27,697 nt of DNA, taken from positions 1 to 27,697 of IMG/VR virus record IMGVR_UViG_3300010052_000009; one strand, written 5' to 3'. This document shows, in pieces, positions 25,175 to 27,697 of the stretch. The notes under the pieces are model-generated. The model worked only from the letters and a program-made list of their open reading frames with translations, did not search any database and was not told where the DNA came from. This DNA is from a virus. Lineage: Duplodnaviria > Caudoviricetes. The translations under genes and the position numbers were made by a program. Positions within the stretch are counted from its first letter, which is position 1, and each line of letters starts with the position of its first letter.

Positions 25175-25518
25175 TCCCCATCCTCCCGGCTGCCAGAAAC
25201 GAGGGCGGCCTTCAGGCCAGCCATCTTTTCATTGAGTTCGCCGCTCGGGTCGCGCTCGCTGAAATCGTAGAGTTCCAAGTGAAAGAGCAAATCACGCGCC
25301 GCATCAGTGACCGCGACCTCCGCCCCTTTCCGCAGTGAGGAGAGGTCGGGGTCGGGGGATTTTGTGTTGGCCTCGATCGCTGCGAGGTAGGCAGAAACAA
25401 TCTCGCTGGCCGCCCAATTGGCTTCACTCTCGGAAGCGCTTGGGTAGCAGACACTATTGTGCATCCGGCGGAAGGCTCGGGATGCTGCTTCCAGAGCCCT
25501 TGTATCAAGACTGCTCAT
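25171..25518 (-). CDS. hypothetical protein (115 aa)
   Basis: ATGA coupling, SD GGGAG; LDTRALEAA...IVSAYL module. Confidence 0.72.
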   Translation of the reverse strand: MSSLDTRALEAASRAFRRMHNSVCYPSASESEANWAASEIVSAYLAAIEANTKSPDPDLSSLRKGAEVAVTDAARDLLFHLELYDFSERDPSGELNEKMAGLKAALVSGSREDGE

Positions 25519-26069
25519 GGCGATGGCTCCCTAGTTCCGCCCGAGTTTGAGAATTCCGAATAGTATTTCGCTTCGGCTTCGGCGCGTTTGGCCGCAGCTT
25601 CTTCCAGATCATCAAAGCGACCCAAGTGAAGGGTGCGACCTGATACGCCGATGTAGGCCACCCATTTCTGCTGCTTCTTGTGCCAGAGCACGCCCCTCCG
25701 CCGGCTTTTATTGGCCACGCTGAGCCTCTGGTTGCGGGTATTCTCTGCGACGGTTGCCAGCCTCATGTTTGAGCGACGACAATTGAGCCCGTCGCCGTCG
25801 ATGTGGTCGACTAAGAGCCCGTCAGGCGGCGACATCAGCAGGCGGTGCAACGGGACCATCCGCCGTTTGCCGCTCTCTGCCCGTCCGCACGATCTGGCGT
25901 AGAAGACGTTCCGGTTCAGCACTGCGTGCCAGTTGCGCCCGGCGACTAGCGGGGCGTCGGAGGCGTCGATGACCGCTTCAAGGTTCTGGCTGAGTTTGAT
26001 GAAAGCCAGATCGCCTTCGATCCTCACCGGCCGGATGATCCGATCTGCGCGTATCCGCTTCTCAGTCAT
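25515..26069 (-). CDS. HNH endonuclease with C-terminal AP2 domain
   Basis: LHRLLM...VDHIDGDGLNCRRSNMRLAT..EN..N (HNH); GV.WHK..KW.AYI...LHLGRF...EAA..R (AP2); ATG 26069 with SD GGAGG. Confidence 0.93.
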   Translation of the reverse strand: MTEKRIRADRIIRPVRIEGDLAFIKLSQNLEAVIDASDAPLVAGRNWHAVLNRNVFYARSCGRAESGKRRMVPLHRLLMSPPDGLLVDHIDGDGLNCRRSNMRLATVAENTRNQRLSVANKSRRRGVLWHKKQQKWVAYIGVSGRTLHLGRFDDLEEAAAKRAEAEAKYYSEFSNSGGTREPSP

Positions 26070-26388
26070 GGGTGGAGCCTCCGAGCACGGCAGGGCCGTT
26101 CTCCAGAAGCGATTGACCTGAGAGCGCGGCGCGAGCGTCTCGCTTGGCATCGCGCCAAACATATGTGTCGAACTGCCTGGCGTGCGCTACAGCTCGGTCA
26201 GCAGACGGTCCGTCCGAAGCGCGGTTGCGGATGATCCTGATCGCCGCGCTTTCGACAGCAGCCTCCACGTCTACTGATGAGGCGTGCTTTGCTCCGCATA
26301 TATCACAAGTCTCGCCGGCCTGAAGGTGGCATTCGCCGCACGGCTCTTGCCCATCGCGGCGCCCCGGTTTCGGAAATCCTTCCGTCAT
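26062..26388 (-). CDS. hypothetical protein with N-terminal CxxC...CxxC
   Basis: CGECH...CDICG; SD GAGGTG; ATGA coupling. Confidence 0.75.
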   Translation of the reverse strand: MTEGFPKPGRRDGQEPCGECHLQAGETCDICGAKHASSVDVEAAVESAAIRIIRNRASDGPSADRAVAHARQFDTYVWRDAKRDARAALSGQSLLENGPAVLGGSTHD

Positions 26389-26921
26389 GGGCGCACCTCT
26401 TTCCGAATGAACATGACGACGAGCAAATGGATGATGCGTTGAAGCCGCTCAGGGTCGCGGTGATAGGTGCAGATCTCGGGAGGCGTCTCCCAGTCGCCAT
26501 CGCAGCACTCGCAGCGCTTGCGGATGGCGGCTTTCGCTTCGGCTCTCTCCGCCGCCTTCCGCGTGAAGAACCGACGGCCGCCACCTCGAAACACGGCAGC
26601 GGTTTCCTGTCGGATTAGGGAGGTTCTGGCCGGAGTCTCGCGGATGCCAGCTACTAATCCTTTCAACCTCTCGATTTCACGCTCAGCAGCGGCCCGGTTG
26701 GCTGACTCCCTTTCTGCCTCAGCGCGCCATGCTTCGGCCTCCTGCACAGCAACCGACAAAGCAACTTTGCGGCTCTCGATCTCTTCCCTCGCCTCCGACA
26801 AGGAGAGGGACTGAGACGAGAGGGCTTGTTCCGCTTGGTGCCATGCGTCTCCCGGTTCTCGCGATCGCTCGCGCACCATCGGAATCACGAGACGCTCGAT
26901 CAGGTCAGAGTGATCGGTCAT
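26385..26921 (-). CDS. hypothetical coiled-coil phage early protein (178 aa)
   Basis: DLIERL N-terminus, coiled coil, C-terminal GRRFFTRKAA...CECC; ATGA coupling. Confidence 0.75.
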   Translation of the reverse strand: MTDHSDLIERLVIPMVRERSREPGDAWHQAEQALSSQSLSLSEAREEIESRKVALSVAVQEAEAWRAEAERESANRAAAEREIERLKGLVAGIRETPARTSLIRQETAAVFRGGGRRFFTRKAAERAEAKAAIRKRCECCDGDWETPPEICTYHRDPERLQRIIHLLVVMFIRKEVRP

Positions 26922-27637
26922 GCGGCCTCTCCGCCAAAAAGGGATTGCTGCTCAGCTTTCGGCGCGGGCGTCAGGTCGAGGCGTGGGCGTTTCAGTTCGT
27001 CGGAAATGCGACGGCAGGCGAGTTCGAAATAATTCGGGTCGCGCTCGATCCCGATGAACGCTCGACCTGTCACAACGGCTGCCACTCCCGTCGTGCCAGA
27101 GCCCATGTAAGGGTCCAGCACACGACAACCCTCGTCGAGAAATTGCAGACACCAAATCATGAGGCCTAGCGGCTTTTGCGTCGGGTGCACTTTGTCTGGG
27201 ACGCCCCGAGTAGCGCTCGCGCGGTAAAGCGCCGCTGGCCGGTTCAGGTTCGACCATGCTAGTTCGGCCTGAGAAAAATTCGGCCATGGCTGCTCTTTAT
27301 CCCACACAAGCATCGCGCGGGCCGGTGGCAGTGGGAAGTAGTTGCCGCCCCAGAAGATCTGGGCTTTCGACATATCTCGAAGTATCTGGAAAATTGCTGG
27401 GTCTGGGGCGATATCCCATCCGACGTCAGATCTGTTCAGTAGCCGGTTTTTTAGGGTACCGGATCCTTGCTGACGCGGGGACTTTCGAACAGCCGGCGTG
27501 CTCCCCTGGCCTTCAAGGTTGAGAATGCCGTAGGGCGGGTCAGTCACGACCGCATCGACCTTGCCGAGCGTCGGCAGGATCTCTTGGCAGTCACCGAGAT
27601 GCAGCGACACAGAATCGGAAAGATGCTCAACGCGCAT
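26918..27637 (-). CDS. DNA methyltransferase, N6-adenine/N4-cytosine type, beta arrangement
   Basis: GDC, VTDPPYG (motif IV), HPTQKP, VLDPYMGSGTTG (SAM-binding), FIGIE. Confidence 0.95.
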   Translation of the reverse strand: MRVEHLSDSVSLHLGDCQEILPTLGKVDAVVTDPPYGILNLEGQGSTPAVRKSPRQQGSGTLKNRLLNRSDVGWDIAPDPAIFQILRDMSKAQIFWGGNYFPLPPARAMLVWDKEQPWPNFSQAELAWSNLNRPAALYRASATRGVPDKVHPTQKPLGLMIWCLQFLDEGCRVLDPYMGSGTTGVAAVVTGRAFIGIERDPNYFELACRRISDELKRPRLDLTPAPKAEQQSLFGGEAA

Positions 27638-27697
27638 GGGCGGCCCCCTCGTCGACGGAGACGCTACCTCTACCGCAGCCTGGCGGTAAGCGGAGTA

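Larger units (their letters stand above)
1..27697. mobile_element. P22-like podoviral phage/prophage segment (no att site or integrase within the window)
   Basis: Gene order terS-terL-portal-scaffold-coat-gp4/gp10-like-three ejection proteins-tail fibres-lysis; no tape-measure, tail-tube or sheath gene; many ATGA/TGATG-coupled genes. Confidence 0.96.

Noticed and set aside
1-27697. CRISPR array, IS element, rRNA, invertible fibre segment
   Set aside because: No regularly spaced repeats, transposase, invertase or long terminal inverted repeats were seen.

Overview
The whole window is a high-GC, P22-like (podoviral) phage or prophage segment. Gene style suggests an alphaproteobacterial host (inference). 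On the + strand: the end of a replication/nin-like region, a putative late regulator followed by a promoter-leader-terminator, TerS, a TerL split into two coupled ORFs, portal, a four-gene accessory cassette with a large repeat-containing protein, scaffold, P22-type coat, head-tail connector proteins, three ejection proteins (one with a lysozyme-like domain), two tail-fibre-like genes, a secreted protein, and a lysis cassette (endolysin, holin candidates, i-/o-spanin). Two small envelope genes lie on the - strand just after the ejection genes. From about 22.6 kb a convergent - strand operon of small mosaic genes includes a RelA/SpoT-type HD hydrolase, an HNH-AP2 endonuclease and a DNA methyltransferase. 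The most striking non-coding element, at 20372-20562, has the full layout of a P1/P7 c4-type antisense-RNA switch: an a1-b1 site, a ~84-nt three-way-junction RNA with b'/a' and a tRNA-like NCCA end, and an a2-b2 site. It sits in front of a signal-peptide protein rather than an antirepressor. All protein calls come from motif recognition and synteny; no database searches were run.
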